Positions 35,913-44,824 of a stretch of 64,000 nucleotides of DNA are shown here, piece by piece. Source of the stretch: a bacterium. Lineage in GTDB: Bacteria > Patescibacteriota > Minisyncoccia > Moranbacterales > UBA2206. The stretch covers positions 4,626-68,625 of the forward strand of contig JAKQLJ010000023.1 in NCBI GenBank assembly GCA_029567195.1. The letters are read 5' to 3'. The translations under genes and the position numbers were made by a program. A model generated the notes under the pieces. That model saw nothing but the letters and a program-made list of their open reading frames with translations. It ran no database searches and had not been told where the DNA came from. The stretch's first letter is position 1. Each line of letters starts with the position of its first letter.

Positions 35913-36842
35913 TCATTTTCTTTTCATAAAATCCACGCAGCCTTCCTTGATGGCTAGGGTGCATTTACAATGCGGCACAACACATTTTTTTATTCTGTCG
36001 TGAAGATTCATTTTGTTTTGGAAAATATTACCCAAATTTTCATGATCATGAGGACAACGGGTAATGGATCCGTTGGGATTGATGCGGATGAGCTTATTTC
36101 CGGCGCTGCAAGGAACGCCCAAAAAGGACAGATTTTCAAAGCTGGCCGCTCTGTCGATTTCCGATGGAATAGAATCATAGAAAATTTTTCGCTCTTGGGC
36201 GGTATAGTTTTGAGGATAACTTTTGCCGTCATATTGCCCTCTGAAAACCTTGGCCTCCAGCTTAAATCCTTCTTTTTCAAACTTTTCATACACTTCCTTA
36301 AACCGCGGAATAAGCGGCGGATACATCACATAATTTATTTCCGTTCTAAATCCGGCTGCTCGCAATTTTTTTACTTTTTCCAACAATTCATCAACAGAAA
36401 GGCATTGGCGTTCCCGTTCTCCCAGATGCATGGAAATATAGAAAGACCAGATATTTTTTGGACTGACTTTTTTAATAAATTCATCGATCGGCAGGCTGAG
36501 GTTTGTTCCGATGGTGATAAGATGATTTTGGGATAATTTTTCCACAATATCGACAAATTTAGGATATACGAACGGTTCTCCGCCGGAAATCATAATCCAC
36601 CAGCGCTTTCCGATCCCGTCAAAAAAACGGCTGATTTCATCCGGAGTGATGAAGCGGGTTTTATACGGATTAATAGCGGGCACTTTTTTTCTCACCCAAT
36701 CTCCCAGTCTTGTTTTCATGCTTCTTTGCGAGTCGTCATAAAAACAATACGGGCAATGAAAATTGCATTCCATATTGATAAGCCACATGGCAATTTTGTC
36801 GTAATCTTTTTTTTGAGGAGATTGTATTTTTTCGTTTTCCAT
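35913..36842 (-). CDS. Radical SAM protein with SPASM/twitch domain
   Basis: CNFHCPYC, SGGEP, TNLS, CSAG..IRINPNGSITRC...C...CKC. Confidence 0.88.
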   Translation of the reverse strand: MENEKIQSPQKKDYDKIAMWLINMECNFHCPYCFYDDSQRSMKTRLGDWVRKKVPAINPYKTRFITPDEISRFFDGIGKRWWIMISGGEPFVYPKFVDIVEKLSQNHLITIGTNLSLPIDEFIKKVSPKNIWSFYISMHLGERERQCLSVDELLEKVKKLRAAGFRTEINYVMYPPLIPRFKEVYEKFEKEGFKLEAKVFRGQYDGKSYPQNYTAQERKIFYDSIPSEIDRAASFENLSFLGVPCSAGNKLIRINPNGSITRCPHDHENLGNIFQNKMNLHDRIKKCVVPHCKCTLAIKEGCVDFMKRK

Positions 36843-36849
36843 AAATATT

Positions 36850-38301
36850 TTAGTTTGGTTTTTTAATATATTCCTGGCTCATTCCCAGCCAACTGCCAAG
36901 CATTGTCCAGGCAAAAATTTGATAAATAAAATCCATTGAAGGCGCTTCAACCATTGATATCAAAACCATAATGCCGAAAAGAGCCAGCGGAATGGCGCCC
37001 AAAAAGCGAAAATCAACTTCCAGATCGTATTTTCCAAAAACTAATTTTTCTATTTTCTTGGGATAATGCAGAAAACTTTTGGCGGCATAAAAAAGAGCGC
37101 CGGACATATAAAGGAAAAAACCGAAAAGACCCAAAATACCCCCTTCCAGCAAGAATCTGATGGCATCATTATGCGGATAAACGTTGCCCGTTTCTTTTCC
37201 TTGGACATTCCTGATCACTTCCTCAAATGATCCGATGCCATAGCCGGTCATAATTTTTTTCCTGGCTTCAAAAATGGCCATACCCCATATATCAAAACGT
37301 CCGTAAAGGGAATCGAACATATACCGATCAAAAACGCCTAGAATCCTCTCGCGGGTTTTTTCTATGATAAACATCAAAGAAATGGCCAGTGCTCCAAAAT
37401 AGGCTATAAACGGCCTAAAAATGGGTTTCATCATGGCCAATATCGCCAAAGAAACTGCAAAACCCACCCAAGCGGTTCGGGAATAGGTGGATATCAGAAG
37501 CGGAACCAGAATCAGAAAAGGAAGGATGCGAGCCAGAACGATATGGGAACTTCGCATCTTTTTTATGTTTGTTCCAAAAAAAGCGAACATGGCCACTGTG
37601 AGCACGACAAATAAAAACGATCCAAAGGTATTGGAATGGGGCAATGTTCCGCTGATTCTTCCCAAAGTGGAGTCAGCTTCAAAAAAATAACTGCCGGTGG
37701 CCAGCTGAATTATTCCGACGGTAGCCGGAATAATGGAAGAAAGAATAATCGTAAAAATGGTTTTTAGATAACCGTTTTTTGTTCCTAAAAAAAGATAGCC
37801 CAGAAAATAAGCGGCAAAACCGGAAATAAAATAAAGCTCAAAGGCTATGCCGTAAATTTTGAAATCGGACTGAAAAAAAGACACCAAACTTATCAGAACG
37901 ACGATTGACAGGATAAAAAACAGCGGCACTTTGATTATCTTCAATCCCCTTTTCCAAATTTCCACCCCTCCTAAAAACACCAAGAAAATACAGGCGAGAG
38001 AAAAAGGATTTATATACAAATCTTCAATCGGAAAAAATGCCTGGAAAAAAGAACCGACATTGGTTTGGTATTTATCCAGACCAATAAGAACCGGCAAAAA
38101 AAATATAAGGCCCAGAAAAACACCGGCCGCTTTATAAAAAGAAATAACCAGAAGAATGAGAAATAAAAAAACGCCCAAAATTAGCTTAAAGTTTTCAGCA
38201 ATGTTGCCCAAAATAAGAATATATGAGAAAGACAAAGCAGCGATTATAAGCAAATAAGCGTAGGCAACCGAAGATTTATTGGATTTTTGGTTTGTTTCCA
38301 T
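36850..38301 (-). CDS. O-antigen ligase/polymerase (Wzy_C) family protein
   Basis: Many TMs, RISGTLPHSN, TYSRTAW, GYGIGSF, PHNDAIRFLLEGG. Confidence 0.87.
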   Translation of the reverse strand: METNQKSNKSSVAYAYLLIIAALSFSYILILGNIAENFKLILGVFLFLILLVISFYKAAGVFLGLIFFLPVLIGLDKYQTNVGSFFQAFFPIEDLYINPFSLACIFLVFLGGVEIWKRGLKIIKVPLFFILSIVVLISLVSFFQSDFKIYGIAFELYFISGFAAYFLGYLFLGTKNGYLKTIFTIILSSIIPATVGIIQLATGSYFFEADSTLGRISGTLPHSNTFGSFLFVVLTVAMFAFFGTNIKKMRSSHIVLARILPFLILVPLLISTYSRTAWVGFAVSLAILAMMKPIFRPFIAYFGALAISLMFIIEKTRERILGVFDRYMFDSLYGRFDIWGMAIFEARKKIMTGYGIGSFEEVIRNVQGKETGNVYPHNDAIRFLLEGGILGLFGFFLYMSGALFYAAKSFLHYPKKIEKLVFGKYDLEVDFRFLGAIPLALFGIMVLISMVEAPSMDFIYQIFAWTMLGSWLGMSQEYIKKPN

Positions 38302-38370
38302 GTTAAAATATCAATAGTTGGATTTGCTTAACATTATGATAGCCATTTTATAGGAATAATTTTTGTCCGC

Positions 38371-38490
38371 TGTCATTCCCGCGCAGGCCATGCCTACTGG
38401 CAGGCAGGCCTGCCTGCCAGTAGGCAGGCGAAAATCCAGTCTTCATAATCTAGCTTGTTTTCTGGATTCCCAATCAAGTTGGGAATGACA
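38371..38490. repeat. TGTCATTCCC...GGGAATGACA palindromic element with two head-to-head nested mini-modules
   Basis: Terminal IRs; AATCCAG/CTGGATT; inserts CATGCCTACTGGCAGGCAGGC and CTGCCTGCCAGTAGGCAGGC. Confidence 0.85.
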
Positions 38491-38560
38491 TCAGGAAGAA
38501 ACTTAATATGAGTTCTCTTACCCTAAAATTATAGCATATTTATGCTAATTTATAAAAAAT

Positions 38561-39793
38561 ATGAATTCAGATAAAGTCATTCTTTTTCTTTCCGAAATGC
38601 CTGTCACTAACGGGATTATCCAGGCCCAGATGTTGCCCGTTGTCTTTGAAGCGGCTAAAAAAGGCTACCGGGTTAAAATAATAGAAACTGTCGGCCGTTT
38701 TGACAGCCAGGAAAAATATCGTTCGGAGCTGGAAAAAAAGCTGGAAGAAAACAATGTGGAAATTGAAAAAATTACCGTTCCCCGACACACTTTTTTACCT
38801 TCTATTTTTTATTTCTCTTTCCGATCCCGTCGGATAATCAAAAACATCATCAAAAATAGCGGCGATAAATCATTTTTGGTCTATGCTAGAAATTATAAAT
38901 TCACTCCCCTGCTTCTTTGGATAAGTCGCTGTTACAAAATACCTTTTGTCTACAGTCCGCGCGGAGCTTATGTGGCAGAAAGAAAATTTTATCGCCGAAT
39001 AAAAGATATCGCTTACGCTTCAAGAATAAAAAGTTTGGAGAAAAAAGCCATTTTGAAAAGTGCGGCCACTATTTTTGAAACAGAAAATTTTAAAAACCAC
39101 ATTGCCGACTCCTATGGAATAAAAAATGCCAATTTAACGGTTATTCCCAATTTTTATGACGCTTCTTTACTGCCTCCTTCTGATTGGAACAGGGAGAAAA
39201 TGCGGCAAAAATTAGGAATAAGCGGCAAAAACGTTATTGTTTATGCCGGAACGGTAGAAGTGTGGTATGAATTTGAAAAAATGTTTGATTTGGTTTCCCG
39301 CCTCAAAAAAAATGATTCTCGCATTTTTTTTCAATTATTTTTGAAAGAAGATTACGCCAGGGATGAATCCAGAGATATTCTTAATAATCTGGAAAATCGG
39401 GCTTTAAAATTCGGACTCAAAAAAGGCGAGGATTTTAATCTGTCCTCGTATCCTCCAAAAGAAAGGTATTATTATTTGGCCGCTTGTGATGCCGGCATTT
39501 GCCTCACTACGTCTAATGAATTTAAGACAATAATGATGTATCTGAAACTCGTTGATTATCTGGGAGCCGGATTGCCCATTATTGTCAATCAGGAAGTGCT
39601 GGAGGCGAAAAAAATCATCCAGGAAGCTAATGCCGGATATACAGTAGATTATAATGATTGGGAAGCATCCGTTTCCCAAATCAAGACCGAAAGTCTTTTT
39701 GATAAAACCAATATCAAAAGAGATAAAATCCAAGCTTATTCTTCAGAAAAGGTCATTTCTCTTTATTTCGATCTTTTTGCTTCAGTGTTTTGA
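38561..39793 (+). CDS. GT4-like glycosyltransferase
   Basis: VYSPRG, VIPNF, VYAGTV, KLVDYLGAGLPIIV. Confidence 0.8.
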   Translation: MNSDKVILFLSEMPVTNGIIQAQMLPVVFEAAKKGYRVKIIETVGRFDSQEKYRSELEKKLEENNVEIEKITVPRHTFLPSIFYFSFRSRRIIKNIIKNSGDKSFLVYARNYKFTPLLLWISRCYKIPFVYSPRGAYVAERKFYRRIKDIAYASRIKSLEKKAILKSAATIFETENFKNHIADSYGIKNANLTVIPNFYDASLLPPSDWNREKMRQKLGISGKNVIVYAGTVEVWYEFEKMFDLVSRLKKNDSRIFFQLFLKEDYARDESRDILNNLENRALKFGLKKGEDFNLSSYPPKERYYYLAACDAGICLTTSNEFKTIMMYLKLVDYLGAGLPIIVNQEVLEAKKIIQEANAGYTVDYNDWEASVSQIKTESLFDKTNIKRDKIQAYSSEKVISLYFDLFASVF

Positions 39794-40803
39794 TCGTCAG
39801 CTATAATTTTTTGGAGGTATGCCATGTCCTTTTTCCATCTTTCCTTGTCTTTTTCCAAAAACATTTCAATTCTTCCTTTTATTTCAAAGCGGTTTTTCCA
39901 AACCTCTTTTATTTTTTCCTCCATATCAAGTGGAGTATGGTCGGTAAAAGTGGCGATGGAATCGAAATAATGGCGTAAAACTTCCGAATCGCTGGTAACG
40001 AAAGGCTTCTGAAGAGCCAAGATTTCCCGAATGGACCAAAGGACGGTATCTTTTCTTTTGGTGAGCGCCAGCACAATATCCGATTTTTCCATCAGTTTTA
40101 TAAACTCTTTATGTTTCAGATATCCGGTAAGAACAATATTTTTCGGTAATTTTATTTTTGTTTCATAATCCAACTTTCCAGCATCACCGGTCACAAAAAA
40201 TAGGGCTTCCGGCATTTTGGCTGCCAATTGAAAAACTTCCCTGTGGGCGTCATCATTAGCAAATCTGTTTACCATGAAAACTTTAAAATCCATTTGGCTT
40301 TTCAGTTTGTTTTTGAGTCGAATGGGCAATTCCACTTCCTCTTCTCCTAAAAGTTCTTCTTTTTTAGGATTATAAAATTGTAAAACGTAACTGTTTTTTA
40401 TGCCCCACAAATCCAAAAATTCTTGGTTTTTATAATTATGAACGGTATTAAGAAGAGCTCTTTTGGCAAAAAACCTGCTTAAAAAATGAAAGAATTTCCA
40501 TTTTTTGTCGATGAAACCGGCCGTATGGGTATCAATTATATAGCTGGTTTTGTATAATTTTGAATACCAATAAACCACCAAAACCGCAAAAATGGGCGGA
40601 CTTTGAACAAAAATAACATCCGGTTTTATTTTCCTCAGTTTTTTCCAGGTGTCAATGGCCTGATCGATATAACGGAAAAGAATGGGATTTTTGAAATTTC
40701 CTCTTTTGGGAATATAGGAAATTACCAAATCAGCTCCGATTTCCCGGGCCAAAAATTCGCTCAGCTTTACTTCCCTTACCCAGATAACAAAAGCTTTTTT
40801 CAT
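39763..40803 (-). CDS. GT4-like glycosyltransferase
   Basis: PDVIFVQSPP, IIDTHT, LTGYL, EILALQKPFVTSD. Confidence 0.8.
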   Translation of the reverse strand: MKKAFVIWVREVKLSEFLAREIGADLVISYIPKRGNFKNPILFRYIDQAIDTWKKLRKIKPDVIFVQSPPIFAVLVVYWYSKLYKTSYIIDTHTAGFIDKKWKFFHFLSRFFAKRALLNTVHNYKNQEFLDLWGIKNSYVLQFYNPKKEELLGEEEVELPIRLKNKLKSQMDFKVFMVNRFANDDAHREVFQLAAKMPEALFFVTGDAGKLDYETKIKLPKNIVLTGYLKHKEFIKLMEKSDIVLALTKRKDTVLWSIREILALQKPFVTSDSEVLRHYFDSIATFTDHTPLDMEEKIKEVWKNRFEIKGRIEMFLEKDKERWKKDMAYLQKIIADDQNTEAKRSK

Positions 40804-40813
40804 AGTTTTTTGA

Positions 40814-42016
40814 TTAATTTATTTCGGGGAAAAGACTGTCATAAGCCTTCATCAATTCTTCTTTGGAAAAGGAAGAATTAAATTTTTCCTCTATCCTTGC
40901 TTTGCCTTTTTCTCCCATTTTTTTTCTCATTTCCGGATTATCTGCCAAAAAGACCACCGCTCTGGCAAATTCTTTCTCATTATTGCCCTTTATATAAATG
41001 GCCGCGTCTTCCGCGCTCGTTCTGGCTTCTTTTAAATCATAAGAAACAATCGGCAATCCGGCGGACATATATTCCAATACCTTGTTATGCAGGGAATTAT
41101 CCGTATAGTCATTTTTTGGTTCCGGCATCAATCCGATGACAGAAGAAAAAAGATAAGTGGAAATGATTTCTTTGTCCGCCCAACCGGTAAAAATAACATT
41201 ATTTTCTATTTCCAATTCCTGGCTCATACGGACCAGGCGCTCAAAATCATCGCCATCGCCCATCAGTACAAAACCGATATCGTTTCTTTTGAAGTCGTGA
41301 ACAATAATTCTTAAGCTTCGCAAAAGTTTGTCTACGCCATCTTGAGGCCCCATCACGCCAATATAAGCGCCCAGATAAGAAAATCTTTTCTTTGCTTCTT
41401 TGGACTTCAATTCATTAACCAAAGTCATATTTATTTGTCCCAGATCCGGAGCGGAACGGACGATAAAGTTCTTGGGTTTGATTTTAACTCGGGATAAAAC
41501 TTTTTCCTGGCCGGATCGGCAAGTGGCAATGTGGACGGCGCATGTTTTATAGCTCAATCTTTCAAACATAAGAAGGAGCTTATAAAAAAAGCTGTCTTTA
41601 TTTTTGTAAAATTTGCACAGCATCATTTCCGGCATCAGGTCATGCTGATCATAAACAAATTTTACTCCAAAAAGACGGAAGATTAAAGCGATGGAAAAGA
41701 AAAAATCAGGCGGATTAGCAGTGTGAATAATGGAAAATCCGCGCTTAAAGTATATCTTGATAGCCAGATAGAAAGTCATTAAATAAGAATACAGATATTC
41801 CCAAAAATAACTCATATATCCATGAGCTTTCGGTGCCTCAAGATAACGATAAATATGAATGCCGTCAATTTCTTCCTTCTTTTTTTGATCTTTTTTTCGA
41901 GGAGAAATAACGGAAACTAAAAAGCCGTTCTCTCTAAGAGTTTTTGCTTCCATCCACACCCGGCGATCCTGGGGAACGGGCAAATTTTGCACCAAAAATA
42001 AAACGGACTTTTTCAT
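40814..42016 (-). CDS. GT4 glycosyltransferase (WbuB-like)
   Basis: QNLPVPQDRRVWMEA, HTANPPD, YDQHD, NKVLEYMSAGLPIV. Confidence 0.88.
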   Translation of the reverse strand: MKKSVLFLVQNLPVPQDRRVWMEAKTLRENGFLVSVISPRKKDQKKKEEIDGIHIYRYLEAPKAHGYMSYFWEYLYSYLMTFYLAIKIYFKRGFSIIHTANPPDFFFSIALIFRLFGVKFVYDQHDLMPEMMLCKFYKNKDSFFYKLLLMFERLSYKTCAVHIATCRSGQEKVLSRVKIKPKNFIVRSAPDLGQINMTLVNELKSKEAKKRFSYLGAYIGVMGPQDGVDKLLRSLRIIVHDFKRNDIGFVLMGDGDDFERLVRMSQELEIENNVIFTGWADKEIISTYLFSSVIGLMPEPKNDYTDNSLHNKVLEYMSAGLPIVSYDLKEARTSAEDAAIYIKGNNEKEFARAVVFLADNPEMRKKMGEKGKARIEEKFNSSFSKEELMKAYDSLFPEIN

Positions 42017-42020
42017 TTGG

Positions 42021-42683
42021 TTATTTTGTTATAATGCTTCTTAACATAAACCAAGCCGTCTCTGCCATTATGAGCAAATCCAAAGAAATGGATAAATTAT
42101 CGATGTAAAAAAGATCGAAGTCGATATCCTGATGGATAAGTTTTGTTCGGCCGGTTTTTATCTGCCAGATGCCGGTGATGCCCGGTTTAAGAAACAATCT
42201 CCTTCTTTCTTTATTATTATACTTTTTGACAATAAATTCCATCTCTGGTCGCGGACCGACTACACTCATTTCGCCTTTCAGCACATTTATAAATTGCGGC
42301 AATTCATCTAAACCGCTTTTTCTTAAGAATCTTCCAAATTTAGTCACTCGCCTGTCGTTATTTTTTGTCGGTGAATAAGCATAAGGATTAGCGCCCTGTT
42401 TCATGGAGCGAAATTTATAGATAGTAAAAATCTTTCCGTCCTGTCCCACTCTTTCTTGGGAAAAAATAACGGATCCGGGAGAAGTTAATTTCACTAAAAT
42501 GGCTATTGCCAAGAAAACTGGAGAAAGCGCTGCCAAAACAATCAAAGAAAAAACAACATCAATGGCACGCTTCAAAGTAGCTTGAAACAGACCATGATCA
42601 GGTTTGCTTTCAAAAGCCTTATTGCCTAAAAGCAATAAAGACTTGTTATATTCCAGGCATTGTTCGTATAGAAATCTGTTCAT
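42021..42683 (-). CDS. Bacterial sugar (polyprenyl phosphoglycosyl) transferase
   Basis: KRAIDV, YKFRSM, LDELPQFINVLKGEMSVVGPRPE, KPGITG. Confidence 0.92.
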   Translation of the reverse strand: MNRFLYEQCLEYNKSLLLLGNKAFESKPDHGLFQATLKRAIDVVFSLIVLAALSPVFLAIAILVKLTSPGSVIFSQERVGQDGKIFTIYKFRSMKQGANPYAYSPTKNNDRRVTKFGRFLRKSGLDELPQFINVLKGEMSVVGPRPEMEFIVKKYNNKERRRLFLKPGITGIWQIKTGRTKLIHQDIDFDLFYIDNLSISLDLLIMAETAWFMLRSIITK

Positions 42684-42898
42684 ATTTTGCTTTATTAGCG
42701 GTTAATTTACGACCTTACATCCTATCATATTTTCCATTTTTTGTCAACCTCCCATTGGGCAATTTTAACGGTTTGGAAATGGAGGGATAAAAAACCGATT
42801 TAGAGCTTTTTTAGGCGATTATCAGATATTATATACTAACTGAAAAATTTAAAAAACGTCCAGTGACGTTTTTTAAAAATATTTAATTTTTCACTATT

Positions 42899-44029
42899 TT
42901 AAAGCTGAACTTTGATTTTCATTTCTTTTTCTTCTCTTTTGATAGTCATTTCTATTTCATCTCCTTTTTTATATTTATACATAATATCAGAAAGGCTTTT
43001 TTCCGGAGTTATCTCTTCTTCATTTATCTTGGTAATAATATCATTGATTTTTAACCCGCTTCTGGCGGCGGGAGAATTGGAAATAATGGCTAGCCCCTGC
43101 TGGCCAGACGGCGAATAAATCATGGCTCCCTTGTCTACGGGCAAATTATTGACAAGAGCAAAGCTTGTGGTGATAGGTGTATAATAAATGCCCAAGAGGC
43201 TGGTTTTATCCCATTCTTTTTTGATTATCTTGTCCAAAACAATCTTCACCTTATTGCCCGGAATCTGAAAAAAATCCGTTTTATTATTTTTCTCCAATGA
43301 ACCCATAATTCCAATGACTTGTCCGGAATAATCAATGACCGGGCCGCCGACGCACAAGGCTTCTTTTTCCAGCTCGGTTTCAAAAATTCCCTCCATTTTT
43401 TCAGAAGAAGAAAGGGTTTTTCCGGATAAATTATAGTAGGGATTGAAGGCATTCAAAACACCAGAGGTGTATATGTTTTGATATCGTTCCAGGCTGTTGC
43501 CGACGGCAATGACTTTTTCTCCCGCTTTAAAATCATCGGAATTGCCAAAGGAAATTACCGGCAGATTACTGGCATTGATTTTTATAAAAACCAAGTTGCT
43601 GTAAGGATCTATGGCTAAAAGTTCCCCATCATAATTTTTTCCGTCATGGATCATAATTTTGTAGCGGGAATTTTCCGGATTGATAGCGTTTAAATATGTC
43701 ATTATAATGCCGTCACTGGTGACGATAACTCCCGTTCCGTTTTTAGAATTTGCAGTGTTTTTTGGCTGCGCTTCCAAATCAGGATAAGAAATGATATTAA
43801 CCACCGAGGAAGATACTTGATTGGCAATCCTGGTTAGCGATGTTTCCTCCTTGACATATACCTGTTCTGTTTTGTTTATGACCGTGACTCCTTCAGTTGT
43901 TTTTTTCAGTATTTTGTATTTATTAAAAAATTCCGTAGCAGCAAGGCGCGGAAAAACATAACGGTCGGCTATAACGCCGCTTAGTCCGCTGATTATTATG
44001 ATTAGGATTAGAAATAAAACCTTTTTCAT
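42899..44029 (-). CDS. HtrA/S1C-like protein with PDZ domain and degenerate catalytic triad
   Basis: GTGVIVTSDG, GEKVIAVGN, GGPV, PDZ SPAARSGLKINDII. Confidence 0.85.
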   Translation of the reverse strand: MKKVLFLILIIIISGLSGVIADRYVFPRLAATEFFNKYKILKKTTEGVTVINKTEQVYVKEETSLTRIANQVSSSVVNIISYPDLEAQPKNTANSKNGTGVIVTSDGIIMTYLNAINPENSRYKIMIHDGKNYDGELLAIDPYSNLVFIKINASNLPVISFGNSDDFKAGEKVIAVGNSLERYQNIYTSGVLNAFNPYYNLSGKTLSSSEKMEGIFETELEKEALCVGGPVIDYSGQVIGIMGSLEKNNKTDFFQIPGNKVKIVLDKIIKKEWDKTSLLGIYYTPITTSFALVNNLPVDKGAMIYSPSGQQGLAIISNSPAARSGLKINDIITKINEEEITPEKSLSDIMYKYKKGDEIEMTIKREEKEMKIKVQL

Positions 44030-44072
44030 CTTTTAACTCTTCCCTTATTATTTGTCACTTATTACATGTCAC

Positions 44073-44813
44073 TTATATAACCGGTATCCATTTGGAAGTA
44101 AGAAGGATCAGAATCACCAGAATAGAGAATAAAACTGTGTTAGCCACCACCCTTTTTTGGCTGAGAAGATTAAGAAAATGGCTCTGAATTACGTCCCAAA
44201 GGACATAATAGAGTATAAGGGCAATTACTCCGGTAGTCAAATAACCAAACGGCCAGAAATTCATCGTCCAAATAAGTTCAGCCATAGCCAGAGCCAAAAG
44301 AAAACTGTAAACCCAAACAGTTTTCTTATTATTACTTTTGATCAGAGAAAAATGCTGGTAGCTGACCAAAAGAGTGACGACGAGATAGGCCAGCATCAGG
44401 ACATAAAGAGGAACCAGAAAATTAAGATACAGGCCATAAAAACTGGCATAGGTGAAAAAAATAGTAGCGGAAGTGGTGGCCATATTCATTCCCTTGGCCG
44501 TTTGATCTCCTTCATATTCGCCCAATCGGCAAGCTCCCAATAGAGAAAGATAAAAAAGAAAAAAAGCTAGAGCGATGAAAATCTGTTGTTCATAAACTAG
44601 CGTTATGAGATAAAGAAGGGCAATGGAGGAAAGGGTGAAAAAAACCGGCAAAATAGAATAACGCCAGTTTTTACCGGAAGATTTTCCTTCCAAAAAAGAA
44701 ATAAAAAGCATCATTCCTCCGGAAATAAGAACCAAGTCATGCCTAAAAACTATTATTTCCAAACAAAGAAGAAAAAGTAGGCTGAAAAATAATGGCCGGA
44801 ATTTTAGAAACAC
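44073..44813 (-). CDS. Polytopic membrane protein of unknown function
   Basis: About 8 hydrophobic segments, AELIWTMNFWPFG; GTG start. Confidence 0.7.
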   Translation of the reverse strand: MFLKFRPLFFSLLFLLCLEIIVFRHDLVLISGGMMLFISFLEGKSSGKNWRYSILPVFFTLSSIALLYLITLVYEQQIFIALAFFLFYLSLLGACRLGEYEGDQTAKGMNMATTSATIFFTYASFYGLYLNFLVPLYVLMLAYLVVTLLVSYQHFSLIKSNNKKTVWVYSFLLALAMAELIWTMNFWPFGYLTTGVIALILYYVLWDVIQSHFLNLLSQKRVVANTVLFSILVILILLTSKWIPVI

Positions 44814-44824
44814 AAAATTATATT

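Noticed and set aside
33294..36842. RiPP cluster (Cys-rich peptide plus radical SAM/SPASM)
   Set aside because: The peptide has a Sec signal and lies on the opposite strand; the enzyme is coupled to the Wzy gene and has no evident RRE; no transporter is present
39763..39793. 31-bp convergent overlap of two GT genes
   Set aside because: Common in compact genomes; no further signal
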